DNA from: Acidobacteriota bacterium
GTDB lineage: Bacteria > Acidobacteriota > Vicinamibacteria > Vicinamibacterales > UBA2999
NCBI GenBank assembly: GCA_031364805.1
Contig: JANLWW010000032.1
Span: 30,372-94,371 of the forward strand
Reading direction: 5' to 3'
DNA: 64,000 nucleotides
Part shown: one piece after another, positions 1 through 8,488 of the stretch
Layout: the number at the start of each line of letters is the position of its first letter
Position numbering within the stretch: the first letter of the stretch is position 1
Made by a program: the position numbers and the translations under genes
Notes under the pieces: model-generated
The model's database searches: none
What the model saw: the letters and a program-made list of their open reading frames with translations, nothing else
Told to the model about the DNA's origin: nothing

Positions 1-1
1 C

Positions 2-733
2 GTCGCGCCGATCCGGCTGCCAAAGGGAACCCGGCTGTCGATGGAGTACACCTACGACAACTCGGCCGACAACGTGCGCAACCCGCAGCTGCCGCCGGCC
101 CGGGTCTATTGGGGCCAGCGCTCGAAAGACGAGATGGGTGACCTCTGGTTCCAGCTGCTGGCGACCAGCGATCGCGATCGCCAGGTGATGAGCGACCAGA
201 TCATGACGAAGATGACCGTCGAGGACATCGCCGGCTACGAGACCATGTTGCGCGTCGATCCCAGGGACACCGAGCTCCACGACGATGTGGCGTTGCTGTA
301 CATGGGCGTTGGGCAGATGGCGCCCGCGGTGCGGCACTTCGAGGCGTCGGTAGCATTGAAGCCAGACTCGGCTGCGGCGCACTTCAACCTCGGAACCGCA
401 CTTGCTCAGGCCGGCCGGTTGCCGGAAGCGGTGAGTGCGTTTCGCGCGGCCATCGAGCGGAGGCCGGGCTACGCGCTGGCTCACGGCAACCTCGGACAAG
501 TGATGCTTGCTCAGGGAAAGACCGGTGATGCGCTGAAGCACCTGCAGGAGGCGATTCGCCTGGATGCGGCGAATCCGCAGGCGCTATTCGGGCTGGCGGA
601 GGCGTATGCGGCGGTCGGCTCCTACGACCTGGCGATCGAAACCAGCGATCGCGCACTCAAGTTGCCCATGCCAGAAGCATTGGCAAAGCAGGTGATAACG
701 AAGCGTGCAGGCTATCTGCTGCGTCGTCCCTGA
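2..733 (+). CDS. Partial (5' truncated by window) protein: C-terminal end of a copper monooxygenase (PHM)-like domain followed by TPR repeats
   Basis: Open frame from position 2 (VAPIRLPKGTRLSMEYTYDNS...WGQRSKDEM), then TPR motifs (AHFNLGTALAQAG, AHGNLGQVMLAQG). Confidence 0.7.
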   Translation, partial: VAPIRLPKGTRLSMEYTYDNSADNVRNPQLPPARVYWGQRSKDEMGDLWFQLLATSDRDRQVMSDQIMTKMTVEDIAGYETMLRVDPRDTELHDDVALLYMGVGQMAPAVRHFEASVALKPDSAAAHFNLGTALAQAGRLPEAVSAFRAAIERRPGYALAHGNLGQVMLAQGKTGDALKHLQEAIRLDAANPQALFGLAEAYAAVGSYDLAIETSDRALKLPMPEALAKQVITKRAGYLLRRP

Positions 734-736
734 CGC

Positions 737-1708
737 TTACTTCGCCGAACTGAGCGGAGCCACGATCGCCTGGAACAATGGTTCCAGCTGCTCGGCGGTG
801 AGCTGGCCCGGAATGTACTTTGACACCTTGCCGTCGCGGTCGATGAACACCAGCGTCGGCGTCGTCGACACGCCATACGCCTCATATACGGCGTTGCTGA
901 CCGGCGCCGACACCGTCTTCATCCACGGATAGAACTCGTCGCGAATCTGCTCGATGTAGACCAACTCCTCAGCAGGCGTGGCCGTCTGGCGCTGCGCCAC
1001 GTAGCCAAAGCGCTGCGTCGGTGCGATCAAGGTGAGGCCCGTGTGGCGGTACTTCTTGACGATTTCGTCGAGGACCGGTGCAAACTTCTTGCAGTCGCCG
1101 CACCAGTGCGCCCACAGGAACAGCACGACAGGCTTGCCCTTCATCTCGGCGGCGGTCGGCGGCTTGGGTCCCAGCCATTCGGAGGTGGTCCACGCCAATG
1201 CCGGTTCCCCTTCGAGGCTCAGCAGGTTCAAGTTCTTGTTCAGGCGCGCGACGATCGATGTGTTCTTGTAGGTGTCGGCTTCGCGGCGCAGGTAGAGGAC
1301 GGCTTCTGAACGGCGGCCCTGACCGGCCGTGGCAAGGGCGGTGACTTCGATGGCCGCGCCGAGCGCGGTCGGCAGCCGCGGTTCGTTATCGAGCTTGCGC
1401 GTCTTCAGTTGCTCCTCGACAATCTCGTAAGTGCGCGCGGCGTAGGTGATGGCCGCGTCGTAGTTCTTTGCGGCGACGGCGCCGCGGCTCAGCCACGAGA
1501 AAGCTTCGACGGCAATCGGCGTGGTGCCGTTCGCCGCCATGTCGTCGAGCACCAGCTTCTCGGCCTTGACGAAGTCGTTTTGCGCAATGGCATCGCGGAC
1601 CTTCTGCACGATGGTCGGTGGAGGCGCGGCGGGTTTCGTCTTGTCTTGCGCAACCGCAGGACCGGCGACAATCAGAGACAAAACTACGGCAGCAAGCGTG
1701 CGCTTCAT
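737..1708 (-). CDS. Secreted TlpA/ResA-like thioredoxin-fold protein
   Basis: Signal peptide MKRTLAAVV..AVA; WAHWCGDC redox motif; YGVSTTPTLVFIDRDG cis-Pro motif; start moved to ATG 1708. Confidence 0.85.
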   Translation of the reverse strand: MKRTLAAVVLSLIVAGPAVAQDKTKPAAPPPTIVQKVRDAIAQNDFVKAEKLVLDDMAANGTTPIAVEAFSWLSRGAVAAKNYDAAITYAARTYEIVEEQLKTRKLDNEPRLPTALGAAIEVTALATAGQGRRSEAVLYLRREADTYKNTSIVARLNKNLNLLSLEGEPALAWTTSEWLGPKPPTAAEMKGKPVVLFLWAHWCGDCKKFAPVLDEIVKKYRHTGLTLIAPTQRFGYVAQRQTATPAEELVYIEQIRDEFYPWMKTVSAPVSNAVYEAYGVSTTPTLVFIDRDGKVSKYIPGQLTAEQLEPLFQAIVAPLSSAK

Positions 1709-1772
1709 CGAGCGAGGATACCCCAAAGCCCGAACGCGCGGGCTCATCCAAAGGACGGTCTATAGTTGCGGG

Positions 1773-2969
1773 ATGCCGAAACCTCTTCCGTTGGCCCTGG
1801 TGGTTGGTCTTGCACTGGTGGCCGGCACATTCGTGGGCGCGCAGCGTGCCCCACGTGCGCGTGATCTCGGTGTGCCGTTCCAGGGAACGCCTGGTGCGCT
1901 CAACGCGATCACCGACGTGGCCGGTATCGAGGTCGGCTTCACCACCCTGATCTCAGGTGAAGGCAAACTGGTCGAAGGGAAAGGGCCGATCCGCACCGGA
2001 GTGACCGCTATCCTCCCGCGCGGCAAGACCTTTGATCCCGTGTTCGCCGCGACCCACGTGTTGAACGGCAACGGCGACATGACCGGGACGCAGTGGATCA
2101 GCGAATCAGGGTTCCTGGAAACGCCCATCCTCATCACCAACACCGGCAGTGTTGGCGTGGTGCGCGACGCCGCACTCGGCTGGATGTCGAAGCACAAGTA
2201 TTTCGCACCGCTGATCGCCTACGTGTGGTTTGCCTATCCCGTGGTCGCCGAGACCTACGACGGAACGCTCAACGACATGTACGGCTTTCACGTGAAGCCT
2301 GACCACGTGACCGCGGCGCTTGATGCCGCGACCAGTGGGCCGGTCGCTGAGGGCAACGTCGGCGGCGGCACGGGCATGAGCTGTCTGGGCTTCAAGTGTG
2401 GCACAGGGACATCATCGCGAGTGGTAGAGACGGGCGGCGGGAAGCACACTGTGGGTGTGCTCGTGCAAGCCAACTTCGGGGGCCGCCGCCAACTGACCAT
2501 TGCCGGCGTGCCGGTCGGCCGCGAAATCACGGGCTTCCGGGCCACCATGGACTTCGCGCCGCCGCCGCCGGCGCAGGATGCGGGCGGGCGCGGCTCAATT
2601 ATCGCGATTGCCGCCACCGACGCGCCGCTGCTGCCGCACCAGTTGCGCCGTATCGCCCAGCGCATCGGCTTGGGCATTGGCCGCACGGGTGGCACGGCCG
2701 GCAACGGTTCCGGCGACCTCTTCCTGGCGTTCTCAACCGCCAATCGCGGCGCGGCCGGCCGGGACGGCGTGAAGCCGGTCACCATGTTGTCCAACGACGA
2801 GATCGATCCGTTGTTCGACGCGACCGTCGACGCGACCGAGGAGGCCATCATCAACGCCATGGTCGCGGGCCGGACCATGACCGGCATCAACGGCAACACC
2901 ATTTACGCCCTGCCGCAAGATCAGCTGCGCGCCATTCTGAAGAAATACGGACGCCTGACAGAACAGTAG
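1773..2969 (+). CDS. DmpA/P1-family (S58) aminopeptidase, secreted
   Basis: RARDLG..GTPG.LNAITDV.G, EGNVGGGTGM, VLVQANFG, GSII autoproteolysis site; start at ATG 1773. Confidence 0.9.
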   Translation: MPKPLPLALVVGLALVAGTFVGAQRAPRARDLGVPFQGTPGALNAITDVAGIEVGFTTLISGEGKLVEGKGPIRTGVTAILPRGKTFDPVFAATHVLNGNGDMTGTQWISESGFLETPILITNTGSVGVVRDAALGWMSKHKYFAPLIAYVWFAYPVVAETYDGTLNDMYGFHVKPDHVTAALDAATSGPVAEGNVGGGTGMSCLGFKCGTGTSSRVVETGGGKHTVGVLVQANFGGRRQLTIAGVPVGREITGFRATMDFAPPPPAQDAGGRGSIIAIAATDAPLLPHQLRRIAQRIGLGIGRTGGTAGNGSGDLFLAFSTANRGAAGRDGVKPVTMLSNDEIDPLFDATVDATEEAIINAMVAGRTMTGINGNTIYALPQDQLRAILKKYGRLTEQ

Positions 2970-2996
2970 TTTCCCGTCATACCCAGAGGATCACCC

Positions 2997-5165
2997 ATGC
3001 GTCGTCTCGCGACCGTTGCCGCCGTTGCCATCACCCTTGTCGTCGCCGGCCTGGGGCCGTCTCACGCGCAGTCGCCGGGCCTTCGGGGCTTCCCCGATGA
3101 CGCCATTGCCGCGCAACGGCAGCGCGAGGAGCAGTTCCGGAAGTTCCCAGACTCCGCTCGTCTCAAGGAGTACATGGAAGCGATGGCCGGCGACTCGCAC
3201 GTCGCCGGACAGCCGTCCTCGAAGCGGGTGGCAGACTGGGCGCTCGCCAAGTTCAAGTCGTTCGGCCTCGACGCTCGCATCGAGGAGTTCGAGGCGATGA
3301 TGCCCTGGCCGCTCGAGACCAGCGTGGAGCTGGTGGCGCCAGTGAAGTACTCGCTCAAGCTCAAGGAGCCGGTGCTGCCTGAAGATCCGGACTCGGGCGA
3401 CCAGACGCCGCTTTATAACGCCTACTCCGGTGACGGCGACGTCACGGGCGAAGTGGTTTACGTGAACTACGGCATGCCTGCCGACTTCGAGCGACTGAAG
3501 CAGCTCGGCATCAGCGTAAAAGGGAAGATCGTACTGGCGCGCTACGGCGCCGGCTGGCGTGGCATCAAGCCCAAGGTCGCGTACGAGAACGGCGCCATCG
3601 GTTGCCTGATCTATTCCGACCCGAAAGACGATGGCTACTTCGCTGGCGACGTCTATCCGGCAGGACCGTATCGTCCGGAGTTCGGCGCGCAGCGCGGCAG
3701 CGTCATGGACATGCCGGTCCATCCTGGCGATCCGATCACGCCTGGTTGGGGCAGTGAAGCCGGCGGCCGGAAGAATCGCCGCGAAGATTCGCAGACCATC
3801 CTCAAGATTCCCGTGCTGCCGATTTCCTATGGTGACGCACTGCCGATTCTTAAGCAGTTGAGGGGGCCCGTCGCCCCGGCAGAGTGGCGCGGCGCGCTGC
3901 CGGTGACGTATCACCTGGGTCCGGGCCCGGCGCAGCTGCACATGAAACTGTCGTTCGAGTGGAAGAACCGTCCGCTTTACAACGTCATGGTGACCATTAC
4001 CGGGACTACGCGCGCCGATGAGTGGGTGATCTTCGGTAACCACCACGATGCGTGGGTCATGGGAGCGGACGACCCGATCAGTGGTGCTTCCGCGTTAATG
4101 GAGACCGCTCGCGGTCTGGGCGAGCTGCTAAAAACGGGCTGGCGGCCGTCGCGCACGATAAAGCTGGCGCTGTGGGACGGTGAGGACTGGGGACTGCTCG
4201 GCTCCACCGAGTGGGCCGAGAAGCACGACGCCGAACTAAAGCAGAAGGCCGCCGTCTACATCAACACCGACGGCACCGGGAAGGGCTGGCTGAACGCCGG
4301 TGGTTCGCACGGCCTGCAGCAGTTCCTGGGCGAAGTGGCGAAGGACGTCATGGATCCGCGCACCGGCAAGCCGGTGTTCGAGGAAGCGCGCCGCCGAGCG
4401 GTGCTAGGCGAGGCCGAAATGGACCGCAAGGCAGCCGAGTCCGATCCCTCGCTGCGCATTGCGCCGCTCGGATCGGGATCTGACTTCACGCCGTTCCTGC
4501 AGCACCTGACGTTGTCGGCACTGAACGTCGGCTTCGGTGGCGAGAGCCCTGGCGGCGTGTATCACTCGGCCTACGATACGGTGAAGTGGTACCAGACTTA
4601 TTCAGACACCGACTACAGCTACGGCCGAACGCTATCGCAGTTGACCGGCACTCTTCTTCTGCGCCTGGCGGACGCCCCGGTGCTGCCGTTCCAGTTCACC
4701 GACACTGCCGACACGCTGCTGCGCTACGTGGCCGAGATCGAGAAGCTGGCCGAGGCCAAGAAGGAGTCAAAGGTGGACATGAAGCCGGTGCGCGCCGCGG
4801 TTGAGAAGCTGCGCGACGCCGGCCGTGCATTCGAGAAGGCCTATGGCTCTCTTGGCCGCGCCAATACCGCCACGTTGCTCGGCCGCAAGGAGCTGCAGGC
4901 GCTCAATCAGTTACTGATCACGTCAGAGCGGAAATTGGGTAACACGGAAGGCCTGCCGCGCCGCGAGTGGTTCAAGCACCAGATTTACGCACCGGGCTTC
5001 TACACCGGCTACGGCGTGAAGACGATGCCGCAGATTCGCGAGGGACTGGAAGAGGGCCGCTTCACCGAAGCGCAGGGCGGCGTGCGCACTGTGTCTGCTG
5101 CGGTGAACGCCCTGGCGGCGCAGGTTGAGCAGGCGGCTCAGGTGTTGCAGCAGGCCGTGAAGTGA
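2997..5165 (+). CDS. M28 glutamate carboxypeptidase II / transferrin-receptor-like peptidase
   Basis: Signal peptide, PA domain (VYVNYG, RGIKPK), GNHHDAW, GADDPISG, LGSGSDF, YHSAYD, TFR dimerisation domain. Confidence 0.92.
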   Translation: MRRLATVAAVAITLVVAGLGPSHAQSPGLRGFPDDAIAAQRQREEQFRKFPDSARLKEYMEAMAGDSHVAGQPSSKRVADWALAKFKSFGLDARIEEFEAMMPWPLETSVELVAPVKYSLKLKEPVLPEDPDSGDQTPLYNAYSGDGDVTGEVVYVNYGMPADFERLKQLGISVKGKIVLARYGAGWRGIKPKVAYENGAIGCLIYSDPKDDGYFAGDVYPAGPYRPEFGAQRGSVMDMPVHPGDPITPGWGSEAGGRKNRREDSQTILKIPVLPISYGDALPILKQLRGPVAPAEWRGALPVTYHLGPGPAQLHMKLSFEWKNRPLYNVMVTITGTTRADEWVIFGNHHDAWVMGADDPISGASALMETARGLGELLKTGWRPSRTIKLALWDGEDWGLLGSTEWAEKHDAELKQKAAVYINTDGTGKGWLNAGGSHGLQQFLGEVAKDVMDPRTGKPVFEEARRRAVLGEAEMDRKAAESDPSLRIAPLGSGSDFTPFLQHLTLSALNVGFGGESPGGVYHSAYDTVKWYQTYSDTDYSYGRTLSQLTGTLLLRLADAPVLPFQFTDTADTLLRYVAEIEKLAEAKKESKVDMKPVRAAVEKLRDAGRAFEKAYGSLGRANTATLLGRKELQALNQLLITSERKLGNTEGLPRREWFKHQIYAPGFYTGYGVKTMPQIREGLEEGRFTEAQGGVRTVSAAVNALAAQVEQAAQVLQQAVK

Positions 5166-5324
5166 AGTGCCGGGCAGGTGAATTCTCGGCGCCGTCTCCG
5201 GTTCCTGACTGCTGGAGTTCCCGCGGCGAGGTGCCCCCAATTGCGATCAGCTCGACTCCGGATGTTCTCACAGCAATATTCGGTGCAATGAACCCACGTT
5301 TCGTCTCAGACCTGAGGAGGGCGC

Positions 5325-6344
5325 GTGTCCGCAACGGTTCCCCGATCCAGCTTCGAAGCTGCGATGTCCATTCTGTCTCACATGTCTTTCGCACCCCTCC
5401 TCGGGAGGCTGATTCGGGCAAGAGTGCCGGATCTTCTCGATGGTGAACCGGTCCACGCGGCGGAATTGGCGAGGCAGGCAGGTCTTCATCCCCTGTCCAC
5501 CGTCAGGGCCTTGCGGGCGCTGACGGCGTTCGGAGTGTTCCGCGAAGTGGCGCCGTCCACGTTCGTCAATACTGAAATATCGAATCTGTTTCGGGATGCC
5601 CCTGGCGGTCTCCGTAACTACGCGCTGTTCGCCACGTCGGACCAGTTCGTGAAGTCTTGTGCCGCGCTCGGGCGCAGCCTCGAAACGGGACTAGCCGCGC
5701 ACGACTGCGCCCTTGGGCAGAGCGTATGGGACTACATGCGTGATCACCCAGAAGACAACGTAGCCTTCAACCGAGGCCTGGCGGAGATTCGCAAAGATGA
5801 GCAGGCGGCGATTGCGGCGGCTTATCCGTGGAGTGGTGTGACGATGGTCGTAGATATCGGCGCGGGAGCCGGCTCGCTCGTAGCTTCAATCGTCGCCGAC
5901 AATCCCGGAGTTCGTGGCACTCTGTTCGACCGGCCGGACGTGTTGCCAGACGCCGACCATCTGTTGAAAGCACGTGGGGTGCGTGATCGGTGCGATTTGG
6001 TCGGCGGAAGCTTCTTTGACCCGATGGAAATTGGAGGAGATGTCTGGATCCTGAGCCAGGTTCTACACGACTGGCCGGATGTAGCGTGTCGGTCAATCCT
6101 GATGCGGTGCCGCGAACGAATGAAATCCGGAAACCGTCTGCTGGTCGTCGAGATGGTACCAGTCCCAGGCCAGCCGGACATCGGGATTGCCGTCCTCGAC
6201 ATCGCAATGATGACATTTGGTGGCGAGGCGCGGCAACGGACCGAGGAAGAGTACAAGGAGCTGTTTGCCGTCACCGGATTCAGTCTGACACGTGTCTTGG
6301 GAACGGGGACAGCCTTCAGCATCTTAGAGGCTAGCCCGAATTAG
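5325..6344 (+). CDS. SAM-dependent O-methyltransferase (Methyltransf_2 with dimerisation domain)
   Basis: GAGGAGG SD before GTG; VVDIGAGAG, GSFFD, LSQVLHDWPD, RTEEEY motifs. Confidence 0.9.
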   Translation: MSATVPRSSFEAAMSILSHMSFAPLLGRLIRARVPDLLDGEPVHAAELARQAGLHPLSTVRALRALTAFGVFREVAPSTFVNTEISNLFRDAPGGLRNYALFATSDQFVKSCAALGRSLETGLAAHDCALGQSVWDYMRDHPEDNVAFNRGLAEIRKDEQAAIAAAYPWSGVTMVVDIGAGAGSLVASIVADNPGVRGTLFDRPDVLPDADHLLKARGVRDRCDLVGGSFFDPMEIGGDVWILSQVLHDWPDVACRSILMRCRERMKSGNRLLVVEMVPVPGQPDIGIAVLDIAMMTFGGEARQRTEEEYKELFAVTGFSLTRVLGTGTAFSILEASPN

Positions 6345-6420
6345 TTGACGGTTGATTACCGTCTCTCCACTTCAACCCGCGCGGCTCGGCTCGAGCCGCC
6401 TAACATATGAGGGGACACGC

Positions 6421-6945
6421 TTGCCTATCACCACATTCAACAGTTTTACCGACGGCCTGGATCCCAGTCGTCGAAGCCGCGAACACTTCATTGCCAACAT
6501 CAACCTCGAAGAGGGGCGTCACTGGGTTCCGTATGCGGATGGTGTCTGGATCCAGCCCTGCCACTTCAACGTCACCTCCGGGGGGTTCAGCGTTGTTCTG
6601 AAGGGGCTCCCGGGCGCCCAGCTTGGCACGCACTACCACGTGGGCACGGTGCGTGGTTATACGATGCGCGGTCACTGGCGGTATCTGGAACACGATTGGG
6701 TCGCAAAACCTGGAACGTTTATCTACGAACCCGCCGGCGAAGCCCACACGCTGGTGATCACGCCGGACTCGCCAGAACCTGCCTTGATCATGTTCGTCGT
6801 CGAGGGTGGCCTCATTTATCTGGACAAGCCGGTCGGCGGTAGCCTGGCGGCCTACGAGGATGGCTTCACTGCTCTCGAGTTCTGTCGAAAGTACTATCGT
6901 GAGGCCGGTCTCGACGCGGATGAACTGGACCTGCTGGTTCGCTGA
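6421..6945 (+). CDS. 2,4'-dihydroxyacetophenone dioxygenase-family cupin
   Basis: HYHVGTV..YT..GHWRYLEHDW, YEPAGEAHTL cupin motifs; GAGGGG SD suggests TTG start at 6421. Confidence 0.85.
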   Translation: MPITTFNSFTDGLDPSRRSREHFIANINLEEGRHWVPYADGVWIQPCHFNVTSGGFSVVLKGLPGAQLGTHYHVGTVRGYTMRGHWRYLEHDWVAKPGTFIYEPAGEAHTLVITPDSPEPALIMFVVEGGLIYLDKPVGGSLAAYEDGFTALEFCRKYYREAGLDADELDLLVR

Positions 6946-7101
6946 ATGAGGTGTGCCGGCGGGCCGCAGTTCCCGGTCCCCGGCCCGGTGCCGGAGAAGC
7001 GCGTGCTGCTGGCCGATCCGGCCAAGAACCGGTTGCCCCGGTGGCGTCGCTCGACCTGCGCGCCGAGAAGGCCATCAGTCCGCCCGCCGGAAAGGATCCA
7101 T

Positions 7102-8466
7102 TCAGCGTGATCCGCCGGCGTCGCGGATCTTCCGCAACACGCGATCTTGCAGCCAATGCTGATCCCACCACTCGACGGGGTTCACTGGCACACCCTGCAA
7201 CAGGATCGTGAAGTGCAAGTGGTCGCCGCCGGCTAGTCCAGTCGCGCCGGTGCGGCCTAATTCCTGGCCCTTCGTCACCGTGTCGCCGACCTTGATGCCA
7301 ATCGATGACAGGTGCGCGTAGAGCGACTGGACGCCCAGGCCGTGGTCGATGATCACGCAGTTGCCGTAGATGCCCAGGAAGTCCGCGAACACGATGACTC
7401 CGGTGTTTGAAGCGAGCACCGGTGCCTGCTGAACCGATGCCAGGTCGAAGCCGAGGTGGACCTGCCGGTCGATCTCCTTGTCCTCGAAGAAGTAGGTGCG
7501 CCGATCGGCGAAGCGTGACTCCACCTGCGAGTTACCCATCTGTGCGAAGGCCTCGGTCCACAGCATCTTCGGCTGGCTCTTCGCCGCCAGCGCGGTAATG
7601 GTCTCGCCGTTCTTCTTGCGCAAGTCGCCATTGATGGTCAGGAAGCCCTTGAGCAGACCCTCTGGCGAATTAATGTCGATCTTCAAATCGGGGGTGTTCG
7701 AGGCAATGGCGGGCACCACGCGATCGAGGAAGCGCTGGTCGATGGGGATGCGCGACTGCAGGAACTTCTTGTTGGTCGGCTGATGCTCGAGGGGCGTGAT
7801 CGCCTCGTTGCCGGCCTCGTCTCGGGCAAACGCCGAGATGCGGACATTGGCGTCCTGATCGTGCTTCAAAGCGAAGAAGGCGACGCGCAAGGCCGGATCG
7901 GTCAAGCCGGCCGCTGAGCCTGGATACGCCCGATACTCGACATCGCCCACCCTGACGCCGGCATCGACATCCTCTGGCGTCGCCCGCATCACCACGAACT
8001 CCGCGCCGCCCAGGTTGATGAAGTGATGGATGGAGGTGACCGCAACCCGAGGGGGGTCGAGTCGCACTTGCAAGTCTTTGGTGACTGAGCTTGCCACGGT
8101 CCGCAGGCCGAAGAACACCTGCCGCGAGGCGGTGACCGTGAGCTTAGCCGGGCCGTTCACCAGCGCCGGCTGTGCCGACTTGCCCAGTGTCCCCGCCAGG
8201 CTGACCTGGGTCTGTGGCGTCCCATCGTTCGCATACGACGACACCATCGTCGACTGACCGTTCTGCTCCAGCGTGGCGTTTACGGTCACGACCGGCGTGG
8301 GGGATTCCGCGACGACATCCAGCGCACCAGACCGGCCGACGAATCTATCGGGCGACCGGACGGTGATCGCCGGTCCGGCTTCGCGGCCGGCCAAGTACCA
8401 CCCCGCGCCCAGCCCGACGATGCCGAAGACGATGAGGGCGAGAAGGGTGAGTCGAATGAAGCGCAT
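7102..8466 (-). CDS. M23 family metallopeptidase
   Basis: N-terminal TM; HLGFD (HxxxD), YAHLS, GDHLHF motifs; start at ATG 8466. Confidence 0.9.
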   Translation of the reverse strand: MRFIRLTLLALIVFGIVGLGAGWYLAGREAGPAITVRSPDRFVGRSGALDVVAESPTPVVTVNATLEQNGQSTMVSSYANDGTPQTQVSLAGTLGKSAQPALVNGPAKLTVTASRQVFFGLRTVASSVTKDLQVRLDPPRVAVTSIHHFINLGGAEFVVMRATPEDVDAGVRVGDVEYRAYPGSAAGLTDPALRVAFFALKHDQDANVRISAFARDEAGNEAITPLEHQPTNKKFLQSRIPIDQRFLDRVVPAIASNTPDLKIDINSPEGLLKGFLTINGDLRKKNGETITALAAKSQPKMLWTEAFAQMGNSQVESRFADRRTYFFEDKEIDRQVHLGFDLASVQQAPVLASNTGVIVFADFLGIYGNCVIIDHGLGVQSLYAHLSSIGIKVGDTVTKGQELGRTGATGLAGGDHLHFTILLQGVPVNPVEWWDQHWLQDRVLRKIRDAGGSR

Positions 8467-8488
8467 CCCCGATGATAGCCTCTCCCGG

